A DNA stretch of 64,000 nucleotides from an uncultured delta proteobacterium (GCA_963808625.1 CAWEHK010000038.1:1-64000), one strand, 5' to 3'. Positions 23,001-40,194 are shown, numbered from the stretch's first letter. The notes: generated by a model not told the origin, from the letters alone. A program made the numbers and translations.

Positions 23001-23219
23001 CATCTGGGACCTCAAAAGGCCTCGTACCGGGTGATCCGGGGCGGCAGCTGGTACGATGTCGCCAGGTACTGCCGGGCGGCGGTCCGGCACAGGGACGTGC
23101 CGTCCTACCGGGGCAACTATCTCGGCTTTCGCGTGGCCCCAGTTCCGTCTGGCGGGCAGGCAGGTTCAGGCAGGCCAGAGCGAACGGAGCCTGGAGTGCA
23201 GGCCGAGGGGGCGGAATAG
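20060..23219 (+). CDS. DGR target 2: DUF4062 - NACHT/STAND NTPase - FGE-sulfatase-like CLec domain (frameshifted)
   Basis: YDIYLGIMKHRFGTPTERYGSGTEKEF; GDPGAGKTT; LLDGLDE; NPVMLTALA; FWHRTFQEF; LLTEAEWERAARG; DLAGNIWEWC; RGGSWYDVARYCRAAVRHRDVPSYRGNYLGFRVA. Confidence 0.9.
23018..23148 (+). repeat. DGR variable repeat VR2
   Basis: Gap-free 131-bp alignment to TR; about 10 substitutions at TR adenines (AAC>TAC twice, AAC>GTC, AAC>CAC, GAG>GTG, AAT>TAT). Confidence 0.95.
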
Positions 23220-23236
23220 CGGAGCCCGCCCCCTCG
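23204..23236 (+). promoter_or_regulatory. GC-rich hairpin downstream of VR2/IMH
   Basis: cgagggggcgg-aatagcggagc-ccgccccctcg; the target-2 stop codon lies in the loop. Confidence 0.75.
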
Positions 23237-23448
23237 CGCCGGAACGGAAGGCGGAGTGAGCGGTAGGGAGTTGTCCAAAGATAAGACGCCTGCTTTTACC
23301 ACGAAGAGCACGAAGACCACGAAGGACAGGAAGTGATTTCTTCGTGGTCTTCGTGTCCTTCGTGGTTTGAAACAGGGTCGAAATAAGAGCACGTTATTTT
23401 TGGACAAGCCCTAATACTACAACGATATTTTAGGAAAGGTTCAAACTG

Positions 23449-23516
23449 TGTGGGGCAGGCTTTCCAGCCTGCCATGCCGAACTGGCTAAAAGGCAGGCTG
23501 GAAAGCCTGCCCCACA
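23449..23516. repeat. REP doublet (REPIN) of the RAYT-associated family
   Basis: tgtggggcaggctttccagcctgcc ... ggcaggctggaaagcctgccccaca. Confidence 0.85.
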
Positions 23517-23561
23517 CGGCTTGGAGCTTCAACAAAGTACCATTGGAGTACAAAGCAGCTG

Positions 23562-25607
23562 TCAGGACGCTTTGGAAAATTCCGGCAATTGCACGCGCAG
23601 GAGGTCTTCACGGGGATTCAGGCGGTCGATCTTGACCTTGACCATCTCGCCCGGGCGCACCTGGTTCCGTTCGGAGAGGGGGGCGTTGGTTTCCAGGAGG
23701 TAGTCGGCGATGAGGAGATGGGCGAAGCGGCCGTTGGTCGTCAGCACCAGGGCGTTCAGGGTCTGCATGTCTTCCTGTTCGAGGTACTTGAGGAGCCAGT
23801 AGCGCGTCCATTTGCGCTGCACCAGGAAGATCTTGGCCTGGGTGACTCCCAGGGTGGTAATCAGCCGGCGCAGTTCGTCCTCGCTGTAGAGCGCGCTGCC
23901 GGAGACAAGGGCGTGCTTGAGTTGGCGCTGCACGACCAGGTCGGCATAGCGGCGGATCGGTGAGGTAATCGTCGTGTATTCCGGCATCCCCAGGCTGCAG
24001 TGGGGGACGGGGCCGGTTTCCAGTTCCGCGCGGGCAAAAAGCCGCCGCTGCCGAAAGATGCGGAAGAGCTCGTGCTCGCTCTGGGTGAAATCGGTCTCCG
24101 GCTTGCACTCGGCCTGGCCGCGGAAAATCGCGGGGATCTGCTGTCGCGCCAGGTACGATGCCGCCAGGCCATTGGCCGCAATCATCCATTCGGAGACCAT
24201 GATCTGGCTGGGGGTTTCCTTTTCATAGCGGGAAACCTGGATCATTCCGGCCGCGTTCACGTAAACCTGGATCTCCGGAAGGGGGAGGATCACGGCCCCG
24301 CGAGCCAGCCGCTGGGCCCGCAGTTGCTCGGCCAGGGCGTGCAGAATGCGGAGCGCTTCGTCCTCCCGGCACTGCTCGTTCACTTCATGGTAAGTCATCT
24401 GCCGGTGCACGTTCACGACGCTGGCGCAAATCTCCTGATGATGGATCGCCCCGTCATCATCCAGATGCATGATAAAGCTCAGGGCCAGGCGGTCTTCGCC
24501 GGCGTGGAGGCTGAAAAGACCTTCGGAAAGCGAAGGCGGGAACATGGTAATCCGCCCGTCGGGAAGATAGATGGAGCTCACCCTGGCCTCGGCCTCGCTG
24601 TCCAGATCGTCGCCGCCGGCGACAAATTCAGCAACATCGGCGATGTGAACGCCGACCTCGTAGAGTCCGTTCTCCAGGATGCGCAGGCTGAGGGCATCAT
24701 CGAAATCCCGGCTTAGAGCGCTGTCAACGGTGAGGATGGGGAGCTCCCGAAGGTCCCGGCGGCGGCTCGGGTCCCAGAGGGAGCTGATCTTCGAGGCGGC
24801 CAGGCGATCGGCCGCGACCGTGATCCGCTCCGGGAAATCCACGGGAAGGCCCTGTTCGTGGAGATAGAGGTTCTCGTTCTCATGCCAGATTCCCAACCGG
24901 ACCAGCAGGCGAAAGGCGGACTGCGTCTGCTGGGGGATCTCGGCCCTTTTCAAGAGTTCCTTCACAAAGGGAAAAGCGGGCGATTCCTGACCGTGCAGGC
25001 AAAAACTCTTGACGCTCTCGATCAGCTTTTCTTCCAGGCCGCCAAGGGCAGGGCGGGGTTTACGGTTCCAGATGGCCTTCAGCCATGCTGAACCCTCTTC
25101 GAGCTGAACTTCTCGTTCTCTTTCCCGTTCCATCTCGAGGCGGCGCTGATCGATCTTTTCCTGGGAGTTGGCGAAGAACGTACCATCCTTGAACTGAAAG
25201 AAGAGGCGTTCCTGAAGCAGCACCCGCTGCATCGCGGCAACATGATGGTCGGTGAGGGCCTCGGCGAAGACAAACCCGGCCAGGTCGCGGGCGCTGAAGC
25301 CTTCCTCCTCGCCTTCGATGAGCGACCAGAGCTCCTCGACATTGACCGCGGCCATGAGATGTCTTCGCAGCGCGGCAAGGCTGTTGAGGCTTCGCACCAG
25401 TTCGTCCCTGGTCAGTTGCACATTGAGGAGCTGGCTTCCGGAATGAAGGATGCGGCTCGACGCCAGGTTGATCTCACGATTCTGTTGGGTGAGCACATTC
25501 AACCGTTGATTCTTGGATGCCAGGCAGACACCGCAGATGATTTCTTTCGCTTCAAAGAATTCGAGCACCGTTCCCGGTAGAATTTCCTGGGACTCCTGCT
25601 GGCTCAT
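23562..25607 (-). CDS. RNB-domain exoribonuclease (RNase II/R family)
   Basis: TVDSALSRDFDDALS, VHIADV, SSIYLPD, TSPIRRYADLVVQRQL. Confidence 0.92.
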   Translation of the reverse strand: MSQQESQEILPGTVLEFFEAKEIICGVCLASKNQRLNVLTQQNREINLASSRILHSGSQLLNVQLTRDELVRSLNSLAALRRHLMAAVNVEELWSLIEGEEEGFSARDLAGFVFAEALTDHHVAAMQRVLLQERLFFQFKDGTFFANSQEKIDQRRLEMEREREREVQLEEGSAWLKAIWNRKPRPALGGLEEKLIESVKSFCLHGQESPAFPFVKELLKRAEIPQQTQSAFRLLVRLGIWHENENLYLHEQGLPVDFPERITVAADRLAASKISSLWDPSRRRDLRELPILTVDSALSRDFDDALSLRILENGLYEVGVHIADVAEFVAGGDDLDSEAEARVSSIYLPDGRITMFPPSLSEGLFSLHAGEDRLALSFIMHLDDDGAIHHQEICASVVNVHRQMTYHEVNEQCREDEALRILHALAEQLRAQRLARGAVILPLPEIQVYVNAAGMIQVSRYEKETPSQIMVSEWMIAANGLAASYLARQQIPAIFRGQAECKPETDFTQSEHELFRIFRQRRLFARAELETGPVPHCSLGMPEYTTITSPIRRYADLVVQRQLKHALVSGSALYSEDELRRLITTLGVTQAKIFLVQRKWTRYWLLKYLEQEDMQTLNALVLTTNGRFAHLLIADYLLETNAPLSERNQVRPGEMVKVKIDRLNPREDLLRVQLPEFSKAS

Positions 25608-26590
25608 GATCGCTCTCCCGCCTTCGCCACTCTTTTAACCTCCATAAGGTACGATTCGATTCCTGCGGTGATTCCTTTTACCAGGTCCTGCTGAAATTGT
25701 CTGTCGTTCAAACGGCACTCGTCGTTCGGATTGGTGATAAAGGCGGTCTCGATCAGCACGCCGGGCATTTCCGCTCCCAGCAATACGTGAAAGGGGGCCT
25801 GCTTGACGCCCAGATCACGCACTTTATGGCCTTTTACTTTGAGTTTGGCAACCATGTTCCGCTGCACCTGCCGCGCCAGGGCCGCCGATTCTTTGACCTT
25901 GGTGGTGAGCATGAGCTTTTGGAGCAGAAGCCGGAGATCGCTCAGCGTCTTCTTCGAGGGGGCATTTTCGAGAGCGGCCACGCGGGCGGATTCCTGGTCT
26001 TTGGCAAAGTTCAACGAGTAGGTTTCGATGCCGCTGAGGCTTGGGTCCACATGGGCATTGGCATGGATCGAAAGGAAGAGGTCGGCCCTGGCCGCATTGG
26101 CGATCCTCGTGCGTTCATCGAGTGACAGGTACTGGTCGCGCGTGCGGGTGAGGATGACCTGGCAGCCGAGTTTGGCTTCGAGATTTTCTTTCAGCGCCCT
26201 GGCAATGGTCAGCGTGATGTCCTTTTCGGCAACCTGATGGCAACTCATCGCGCCCCGGTCTTTGCCCCCATGCCCGGGATCGATGACGATGCGATTGACG
26301 CCGAGGGCCAGTTGTTTCGCCAGGCTGGGGAGCGCGGCGTGCGTGGCTCTTAGCTGTTGGCTCTTGGCTCTTGGCGTAGTGGCTCGGTGACCGGGGTGGC
26401 AGGGTTGCTGGCTGTTAGCTCTTGGCTGTTGGCTCTTGGCTGTTGGCGTAGTGGTGGCGGTGACCGGGGTGGTAGGGGGCTGGTTTGCCGGGGCGGCAGC
26501 GGCGAGCGGCGAGGAGATCGCGAGGTTCATCAATAACAGGAGCAGCAGATAGAAAAAGCGATGGCCAAGAGGGCTGGGACACTTGGGCAA
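25604..26590 (-). CDS. N-acetylmuramoyl-L-alanine amidase (Amidase_3; start uncertain)
   Basis: IVIDPGHGGKD, EKDITL, LTRTRD, FLSIHANA, LIETAFITNP; signal-like N-terminus. Confidence 0.9.
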   Translation of the reverse strand: MPKCPSPLGHRFFYLLLLLLMNLAISSPLAAAAPANQPPTTPVTATTTPTAKSQQPRANSQQPCHPGHRATTPRAKSQQLRATHAALPSLAKQLALGVNRIVIDPGHGGKDRGAMSCHQVAEKDITLTIARALKENLEAKLGCQVILTRTRDQYLSLDERTRIANAARADLFLSIHANAHVDPSLSGIETYSLNFAKDQESARVAALENAPSKKTLSDLRLLLQKLMLTTKVKESAALARQVQRNMVAKLKVKGHKVRDLGVKQAPFHVLLGAEMPGVLIETAFITNPNDECRLNDRQFQQDLVKGITAGIESYLMEVKRVAKAGERS

Positions 26591-26818
26591 GAATTCGTGG
26601 AGCGTTGGTGGGCACGATAAAGCTGTGCTCACCCTACAATGGTTTGGAGCTCTTAGACAGAATGTAGGGTGGGCACGTCTTTTTGTGCCCACCGAAACCG
26701 TGCAGGGACTTACGCCAACGTGCACTGGTCCCGCGATTACCTGGTGTCATTTTGAGCGTGTTTCGAACCATGAAGGACGCGAAAAGCACGAAGGAAGGAT
26801 AGTTCTTGTTCATTTTCG

Positions 26819-29502
26819 TCATCGCCGGCTTTCCCCATGAGCCGGGGCCGGACCTGGTTGGGCCGGTTCTTTGCCTCCCCGCTGGAGTTGCTCTTTTAGC
26901 GCATGGAGCATTTGGAGGGCGGCCACCGGTGTCAGGTGGTCGATATCGAGCGCGAGGATGCGGTCCTGCAGCCATTCCGACGGAAGGTCTGAAAAGGCTG
27001 AGTTGGAGTCCCGGCTCCCGGTCACGAACGGATCGCACCCGCTTTTTCGCCACCGTGGGCTGGGCGAGAAAAGTGGTCTCACCCTTCTCCAGTTGCACCA
27101 GGATTTCCCTTGCCCGCTCGATGACCTCCTGGGGCAGTCCCGCCAGCTTCGCCACCTGGATGCCATAGCTCCGGTTGGTTCCTCCCGGGATCAGCTTATG
27201 GAAGAAGAGGATCTCATTTTGCCATTCCTTGATGGCGACGTTGAAATTCTTCACGCGGGGCCGGGTGCGGGCCAGGTCCGTCAGTTCGTGATAGTGGGTG
27301 GCGAAGAGCGTCTTCACGCCGACGCCCTGAGGTCGTGCAGGTATTCGGCGACGGCCCAGGCGATGCTCAGCCCGTCGAAGGTGCTGGTGCCGCGGCCGAT
27401 CTCATCCAGGATGATCAGGCTGCGGGGCGTGGCCTGATGGAGGATGTTGGCGCTCTCCTGCATTTCCACCAGGAAGGTGGAGCGGCCGCGGGCGAGGTCA
27501 TCCGCCGCGCCCACCCTGGTGAAGATCCGGTCGACCAGGCCGAGGCGAGCCTCGGATGCGGGCACGAAGCTGCCGATCTGGGCGAGCAGCACGATGAGCG
27601 CAGCCTGCCGGAGGATGGTCGACTTTCCGGCCATGTTGGGCCCGGTGATGATCAGCACCTGCTGGGTTTCCTGATCCAAATCCAGGTCATTGGGAACAAA
27701 CGAGCCGGCCGGCAGGAAATGTTCGATCACCGGGTGCCTGCCGTCCCGAATGACAATGGCGTCACCCTGGTTGATGCGGGGCCGGCAGTAGTCGTTTCGG
27801 GCCGCAACCTCGGCCAGGCCGGCGAGGCAATCCAGCTCGGCGACCCGTTCGGCCATGGCCTGGACGCGCTTGCTGTGGGCGCCGAGGGTGCGGCGCAGTT
27901 CCTCGAACAGGTGCTGCTCCAATTCCAGCCGCTTTTCATCCGCTTCCAGCACCTGCGTCTCGAAGGTCTTGAGCTCTTCGGTGAAGAATCGCTCGGCATT
28001 GACCAGGGTCTGTTTGCGGAAATAGTCCGCGGGCGCCGCTCCCAGGTTGGCTTTCGAGATCTCGATGTAGTAGCCGAAAACCTTGTTGTAGCGGACCTTG
28101 AGCGACGAGATCCCGGTCCGCTGCCGCTCCTGGGTTTCATAGCCGGCCATCCAGCTCCGGGCATCGCGGCTCAAACTGACATAATGATCCAGCTCGGCGT
28201 TGACCCCGGGGCAGATCACCCCGCCGGCGTTGAAGGTGAGCGGAGGCGGATCGGTCAGGGTCGCTTCGAGCAGCTCGGCCACATCGGTCAAATTATCCCA
28301 GGAGGCCGCCAACTCCAGCAGCTGCTTCGCGGTGCAGCCGTGCAGGGTTTCTTTGATGCCGGGCAAAACCTGGAGGGACTTCTTCAGGGCGACGAGGTCG
28401 CGAGGGGTGGCCAGGCCGGCGCTGTTCCTGCCGTTGAGACGCTCGATGTCGTTCACCTTCTCGAGGCTGAGTGCGGATTTGGGTCCGGAAACCGGCCCGT
28501 TCCACCAGTTCGGCAACGGCCTGCTGACGGTTGAGGATCCCGCTCAGATCGAGCAACGGATAGCGCAGCCATTGCTGGAGCTTGCGGCCTCCCATGGGGG
28601 TGCGGGTCTGGTCCACAATCGCCAGGAGGGAGCCTTTGCGCCCCTGAAAGCTGGTGGATTGGAAGATTTCGAGGTTGCGCACGGTGGCTTCATCGAGGAC
28701 CATGTAATCGGAGCGACTGTAGGGAAGCAGTTTCTTGAGGTGGCTGCAGGAGCCGAGAAGGTTCGCCTGCAAATAAGCGAGGATGGCCCCGGCTGCGCGA
28801 ATGCCGGAATCCATAAGGTGCACGCCGAAGCCCTCCAGCGAATGGACCTCGAAATGCCGGGTGAGCCGCTCTTCGGCATGGCGCCGGTCGAAGTCGTCGG
28901 CGATTCAGATAAGTCAAGGTGAGCTCAACGTGCGAGCGCAGCCGGTCGCTCCAGGAATGGTCCTCGTCCTGCGGCAGCAGCACTTCTTTCGGGGAAACGC
29001 GCAGCAGTTCCTCGCGCAGCGTTTCCTCGGAATCCAGCTCGACGAGCCTGAATTCGGCGGTGGAAATGTCGAGATAGGCCAGCCCGAAAGCGTGGTCGCG
29101 ACTTCCCCGGGAAACCGCGGCGAGATAGTTGGGCTGGTTGGACAGCAGGTTCTGGCTGTCCAGAATGAGACCCGGCGTGATGACCCGGGTCACTTCCCGC
29201 CGCACCAGGCCCTTGGCGTGTCTCGGGTCCTCGACCTGGTCGCAGATCGCCACTTTTTTGCCGGCCGCCACCAGTTTGGCAAGGTAGCCTTCGGCCGCGT
29301 GGTAGGGCACCCCGCACATGGGAATGGGGTTGTCGGCCTGCTTGTCGCGCGAGGTGAGCGCGATCTCCAGAATGCCGGCAGCAGCGACGGCGTCGTCCAG
29401 GAACATTTCATAGAAGTCCCCCATCCGATAGAGCAGCAGGGCGTCGGGATACTGCGCCTTGATCTCCAGGTACTGCTGCATCATGGGGGTCGGTTTGTAC
29501 AT
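26819..29502 (-). CDS. mutS: DNA mismatch repair protein MutS (frameshifted)
   Basis: [68 protein letters not shown]. Confidence 0.97.
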
Positions 29503-29504
29503 GA

Positions 29505-29560
29505 TCAGTGCTCAGTGGTCAGTGGTCAGAGGACAGAAGTGGCTAGTGGCTAGTGGCTGG
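29505..29560. repeat. Heptamer tandem repeats (CAGTGGT/TAGTGGC)
   Basis: cagtgct cagtggt cagtggt cagagga ... tagtggc tagtggc. Confidence 0.7.
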
Positions 29561-29855
29561 TACACATGGAGCATAAGTTCGTGATGTTAGGGTGAGACAA
29601 AGGCTGCCCACCTGCGGTCTGGGAACACTGTAGGGTGGGCACTGCTTCACCGTGCCCACCGGAACTGGCTCCATTTCGGCCCACGTCACCGGTGACTGTG
29701 GCTGGTTGCATTCCATAGCACCTTCCAAGCTCACTTGCCATTGTTGCTTTCCTCTGGCGCCCTGTCATCACCATGGCAGCCACACGGGTTGACATGGCTC
29801 ATTTTCATCGTTCGGGTGAAGATTACCTTGAAAATCGGATTTTGTCAGGGTTGAA

Positions 29856-30139
29856 TTGATGGTTGATGGTGGATAGTTGATGGTTGATAGTTGATGGTTG
29901 ATAGTTGATGGTTGATGGGGATGTTGATCGGTGACTGGTTATGAGCTCCAAGCCATGAATGGAGGGGATTAACAGTCTTTCCTTTCGGGAATGGTATATA
30001 TTGCCCTGGGGTTCGACTCCAAAAGGCCGAGACCAAGCATCGAAAACCAACAGCCACGAACCATGAACCATGAGCCATTTTGTCCATCAACCATCAACCA
30101 TCAACCATCAACCATCAACTATCAACCATCAACCATCAA
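29856..30139. repeat. Inverted heptamer arrays (TTGATGG)n ... (CCATCAA)n
   Basis: Array at 29856-29918 and its reverse complement at 30083-30139, in the divergent mutS/uvrA intergenic region. Confidence 0.85.
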
Positions 30140-30162
30140 CATCTCTAAAAGGAGCCAATCGT

Positions 30163-36513
<6,351 letters not shown>

Positions 36514-36732
36514 TTTGAGGGTTTCGACACAGCCCATTAAAACGCTTTCCAGGTTCAACAGAAATCCAATGCTTGGCATCACAGCGGTTTGCACGCATAA
36601 CGGAAATCAGGCAGCCAGAGACGACCGGGACGGGCAGGGAGCGTGATCTATGTGGGTTTTGGGAGGTGAATTGTTGTGACGAATAAGTGATCGTGATCCA
36701 GTGATGGAAACGAATCTGGCATTAAACGGCGT

Positions 36733-37168
36733 CTAAAGAGAAAGGACGAACCTGTTTGTGTAACCTTCGTAAATTAAGATTCCATTGGCCAGCAGGTCCC
36801 TGCCAATCAAGCAATCTATATTCTAAACCTGCCAGTGGAGCTTCCATTGCGTTGACCAAGCCATTGACATACTGATGCTGCGGAAATATCACCGACACAT
36901 CGTAAACATTGCAGGAATGCCTGGCGCATGACGGTGTTGAGATTTCGGTGATGCCCCTGGGCTGCAGATTAAGTTCCTGCGCGATCCCCGTTTTGAGAAC
37001 CGTCCCACTGGCGCCTGTATCGATAAGGGCTGCGCACTGACGAACAGGAGGAAGATCCTTTCCTTACGATTGTAGAGCGTCAAGAACCGGCTTGGATGCA
37101 GTAATGAGGACATTGCTGATCGGACCGCTGTTCCTCAAATCGGGGAGATTTGTGCTGAGGCAAGGCAA
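36733..37168 (-). pseudogene. Retropepsin-like aspartyl protease (internal TAA at 37064-37066, one frameshift)
   Basis: Not in the ORF track. Manual translation gives CAALIDTGASGTVLKTGIAQELNL and later CLIGRDLL, the D[TS]GA and LxGRD motifs. Confidence 0.75.
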
Positions 37169-37204
37169 CCCACATCTACTCCATGAAGAAAGAAGTTCCC
37201 CTTT

Positions 37205-37414
37205 TCAAAGTGGCTGATTCCTTATAACCAGAAAAGGAACGTCTCCAAATTTCCTAATTCCCTGGCGCAGGGCGTCTTCGTAAGCCAAACAAATGTCAAA
37301 AACCTCATCATCCTTAATCACCACAAATTCCTCAGCATTTCCTTGCGCGATCAAAGGGTCCTTAATCTTCTTATATTTTGACATTTGAATTCCGAGTCGA
37401 TGGTGACTCCACAC
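37205..37414 (-). CDS. Small hypothetical protein upstream of the aspartyl protease (possibly decayed)
   Basis: EFVVIKDDEVFDICLAYEDALRQGIRKFGDVPFLV resembles small partners often found with such proteases. Confidence 0.5.
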   Translation of the reverse strand: MWSHHRLGIQMSKYKKIKDPLIAQGNAEEFVVIKDDEVFDICLAYEDALRQGIRKFGDVPFLVIRNQPL

Positions 37415-37700
37415 AGGACCAGTTTGCTTTTAAACCGGGGCAAAAACCCTCTTTCAAGCCCTCCACGAACAACAACCCTTCCATCGAGCTCACTTTGAGT
37501 CGATCTGCGCATCATCCCCACCTCGACGGTGTCACACCGTGGTGGTGGCTGCTTCAATTACCAAGGAATCGGCACACAAATGGGCAGAAAATGAGCCAAG
37601 ATGCACCTTGACAGGATCGAAGACACATGCTATCCGAAATGCGCCAGAAAGCAATTTCCTGTCATCTCTTCAATCTATCATTGGGTGCAAGGGGGCCATC

Positions 37701-39647
37701 ATGAAATCCATGTTTCATTTTCAAAAACCCAATAAGAAAAGTCCCTCATGGAAGAGAGGCTTGGCGCTGGTGTCTGGGACCATGCTGGCGTTAACTCTAG
37801 TGAGCGCTCTGTCCACTATGGCTCACAATTCCGCATGGGCGAACTCATCAAATGACTGTACGATTTACCGCGAGGTCTTCCCTATTCTCAACACCGGAGG
37901 GACCACCCCCAAGGACATCGTCTTCATCCAGAAATGGTACGGGGAGCAACATGGCAGCGCCATTGTCGACGCCGCCAGTCAGGATCTCCAGCGATTGGAT
38001 AACGGGCTGGCGCCGGAAATGCAGCCGGTCGATTCGAACCCCGTCGGGAATCTGGTCCCGAACACGGGCGGCGCCTTCTACTCGCCAAGCGCGGTTGCGG
38101 GCATCTACATTTTTACGGATGAGTTCAGTGCGGACGTCTCGACGCTGCGCAGGGTGCGTTTCGACTCCCGCAACAACGGTTGTTCGACCTTCGTGCAGCA
38201 GAACTCAACAAGCTGCCAGAAGGTCTATTACGACTCACCGACCAACTCGCAGCTCAACTTTGACCCCGCGGCGCAATCCGCCATGCATGTCGCGTTGCGG
38301 ATCGGCACCACGTGGTACATCGCCGAGCAGGTCCTGGAGCAGTCCGCTTACAACCCTGCCACCACCCCTGGAGGCGACCCAAAGGACCCGATCTGGCAAA
38401 CCCATACCTTTGATTTCGCAGGAAAGACGTTCTTGATCGCCAACAGCTACGACGAGGCCCCTGGCGGTGAGTGCGAGAGCACGGTCCCCAACTGCCTGCC
38501 ACGCGAGAACGGACCGTCCGGACAGACTCTCCCGTTGAGCGGCACAGTCAACGGCATCGGCATCTGGATCGAGAAGAACCAACCGGCACCGAGGCTCCCG
38601 AGCGGAACCTCCGCGACGCTGCGCATTGACAATTTCGAGGTCCGCTCTGACGTTTGTGACGACGGCAATCCTTGCACCGCCGACAGCTGCAACCCAACGA
38701 CGGGTGAATGTGTGTACACACCGGTCAACGTGGATGACAACAACGCCTGCACCACGGACGCCTGCGATCCGGCGACCGGTAATATCAGCCACACCCCCAT
38801 CAACTGCGACGACAACAACGCGTGTACCGCCGACAGCTGCAACCCAACGACGGGTGAATGTGTGTACACACCGGTCAACGTGGATGACAACAACGCCTGC
38901 ACCACGGACGCCTGCGATCCGGCGACCGGCATCAGCCACACCCCCGTCAACTGCGACGACAACAACGCGTGTACCAACGACAGTTGCGATCCAGCGACGG
39001 GCTGCACGCACACACCGGTCAACGTGGATGACAACAACGTCTGCACCACGGACGCCTGCGATCCGGCGACCGGCATCAGCCACACCCCCGTCACTTGCGA
39101 CGACAAAAACGCGTGTACAACGGACAGTTGTGATGCGGTGTTGGGATGCGTGTACACCCCGATCTCCTGCACCGACGGAAACGCCTGTACGAACGACACG
39201 TGCGATCCTGCGTCGGGCTGCGTGTACACGCCGGTGTCCTTGATCTGCGACATCACGGCACCCGAAAAGGTGGACTTCGGCTCCACGGGGAACGTGGCAT
39301 CCACGACACCCGGGTATGCCCAATACCAGTGGGTGATCTACGTGGATGATTTGAGCAACCCGGATCCGTCTCTCATCACGGCGGGACAGAACACCCAGCA
39401 GATCACCTTCAGCGCGCCGGCATCGTTCACGGTCCTCAAGATCGGCGTAGTGGCGACAACAGACCAGGGATGTCAGTGTATCAATGATCCGGGCGTCTCA
39501 GGCGACCCGAAAGAAGGGCATGACGTGTACCCCAATCAGGCTATTCCTGTGCCGACCCTTTCCGAGCGAGGTGTGATCCTTTTCCTGCTGCTCCTGGGAG
39601 TGACGGCAATTGTGACACTGCGTCGGAGAGGTCATGTTGAACGCTAA
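37701..39647 (+). CDS. Secreted Cys-rich repeat protein with IPTL-CTERM-like sorting signal
   Basis: Signal peptide; eight ~24-aa (C/V)DDNNACTxDxCDPxxGxxxTP repeats; C-terminal IPVPTLSERGVILFLLLLGVTAIVTLRRR. Confidence 0.85.
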   Translation: MKSMFHFQKPNKKSPSWKRGLALVSGTMLALTLVSALSTMAHNSAWANSSNDCTIYREVFPILNTGGTTPKDIVFIQKWYGEQHGSAIVDAASQDLQRLDNGLAPEMQPVDSNPVGNLVPNTGGAFYSPSAVAGIYIFTDEFSADVSTLRRVRFDSRNNGCSTFVQQNSTSCQKVYYDSPTNSQLNFDPAAQSAMHVALRIGTTWYIAEQVLEQSAYNPATTPGGDPKDPIWQTHTFDFAGKTFLIANSYDEAPGGECESTVPNCLPRENGPSGQTLPLSGTVNGIGIWIEKNQPAPRLPSGTSATLRIDNFEVRSDVCDDGNPCTADSCNPTTGECVYTPVNVDDNNACTTDACDPATGNISHTPINCDDNNACTADSCNPTTGECVYTPVNVDDNNACTTDACDPATGISHTPVNCDDNNACTNDSCDPATGCTHTPVNVDDNNVCTTDACDPATGISHTPVTCDDKNACTTDSCDAVLGCVYTPISCTDGNACTNDTCDPASGCVYTPVSLICDITAPEKVDFGSTGNVASTTPGYAQYQWVIYVDDLSNPDPSLITAGQNTQQITFSAPASFTVLKIGVVATTDQGCQCINDPGVSGDPKEGHDVYPNQAIPVPTLSERGVILFLLLLGVTAIVTLRRRGHVER

Positions 39648-39891
39648 ACTTTGATCGCCTTGACAGGCCATTTCAAGAGGCAGAGTCTAAAAGACTCTGC
39701 CTCTTTTGCTTTTTCAGCTTGCCCGGCCTTGTATCCATCCGGCCGGGACCTTATCGCCCCCAACCTGAAAAAGCAGCTCCAACTCCCGGAATGAGGAAGG
39801 ATTCCCGTTTTTTCCTGAACGCCTTTCTCACCTCCATTTCGGGACGAAGCCGGCAGATCTCGATTAAGCCCCAAGAACCCATCGGGTTGTT

Positions 39892-40194
39892 TCAGGATTC
39901 ACGGCGCCGTGTGGCATGAGGCTCAAGGGTCAGATCGAGTGCGCGGCAGCAGCGGCCGGTGTCCGAAATCTGAATTTCCACGTGGCCCTCTTCCATCCTG
40001 CTGATAATGCCAAGACGTTTCTCGGTCATCCCCTGCATGGCGTGACTCTGTTGCAACTGCTCCACAACGTCGCCGATCAGGTCGTTAACGTTGGCGGGCT
40101 CTCGATAGGGTCTCCCCGAGGTTTTCAGTTCGATCGGGTTTTTTACCATCTTCTCCAGTCCAGCGATTTCCGTGATGATGATCCGTAGGTACAT
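39892..40194 (-). pseudogene. Decayed histidine kinase ATPase-domain fragment
   Basis: EPANVNDLI...HAMQGM..KRLGI..VEIQISDTG; internally deleted. Confidence 0.5.

Noticed and set aside
30005..30025. tRNA-like GGTTCGACTCC motif
   Set aside because: The T-stem does not pair fully and no acceptor, D or anticodon arms are apparent.
38650..39240. Possible CRISPR array
   Set aside because: The repeats are in-frame coding units with no unique spacers, and there are no cas genes.
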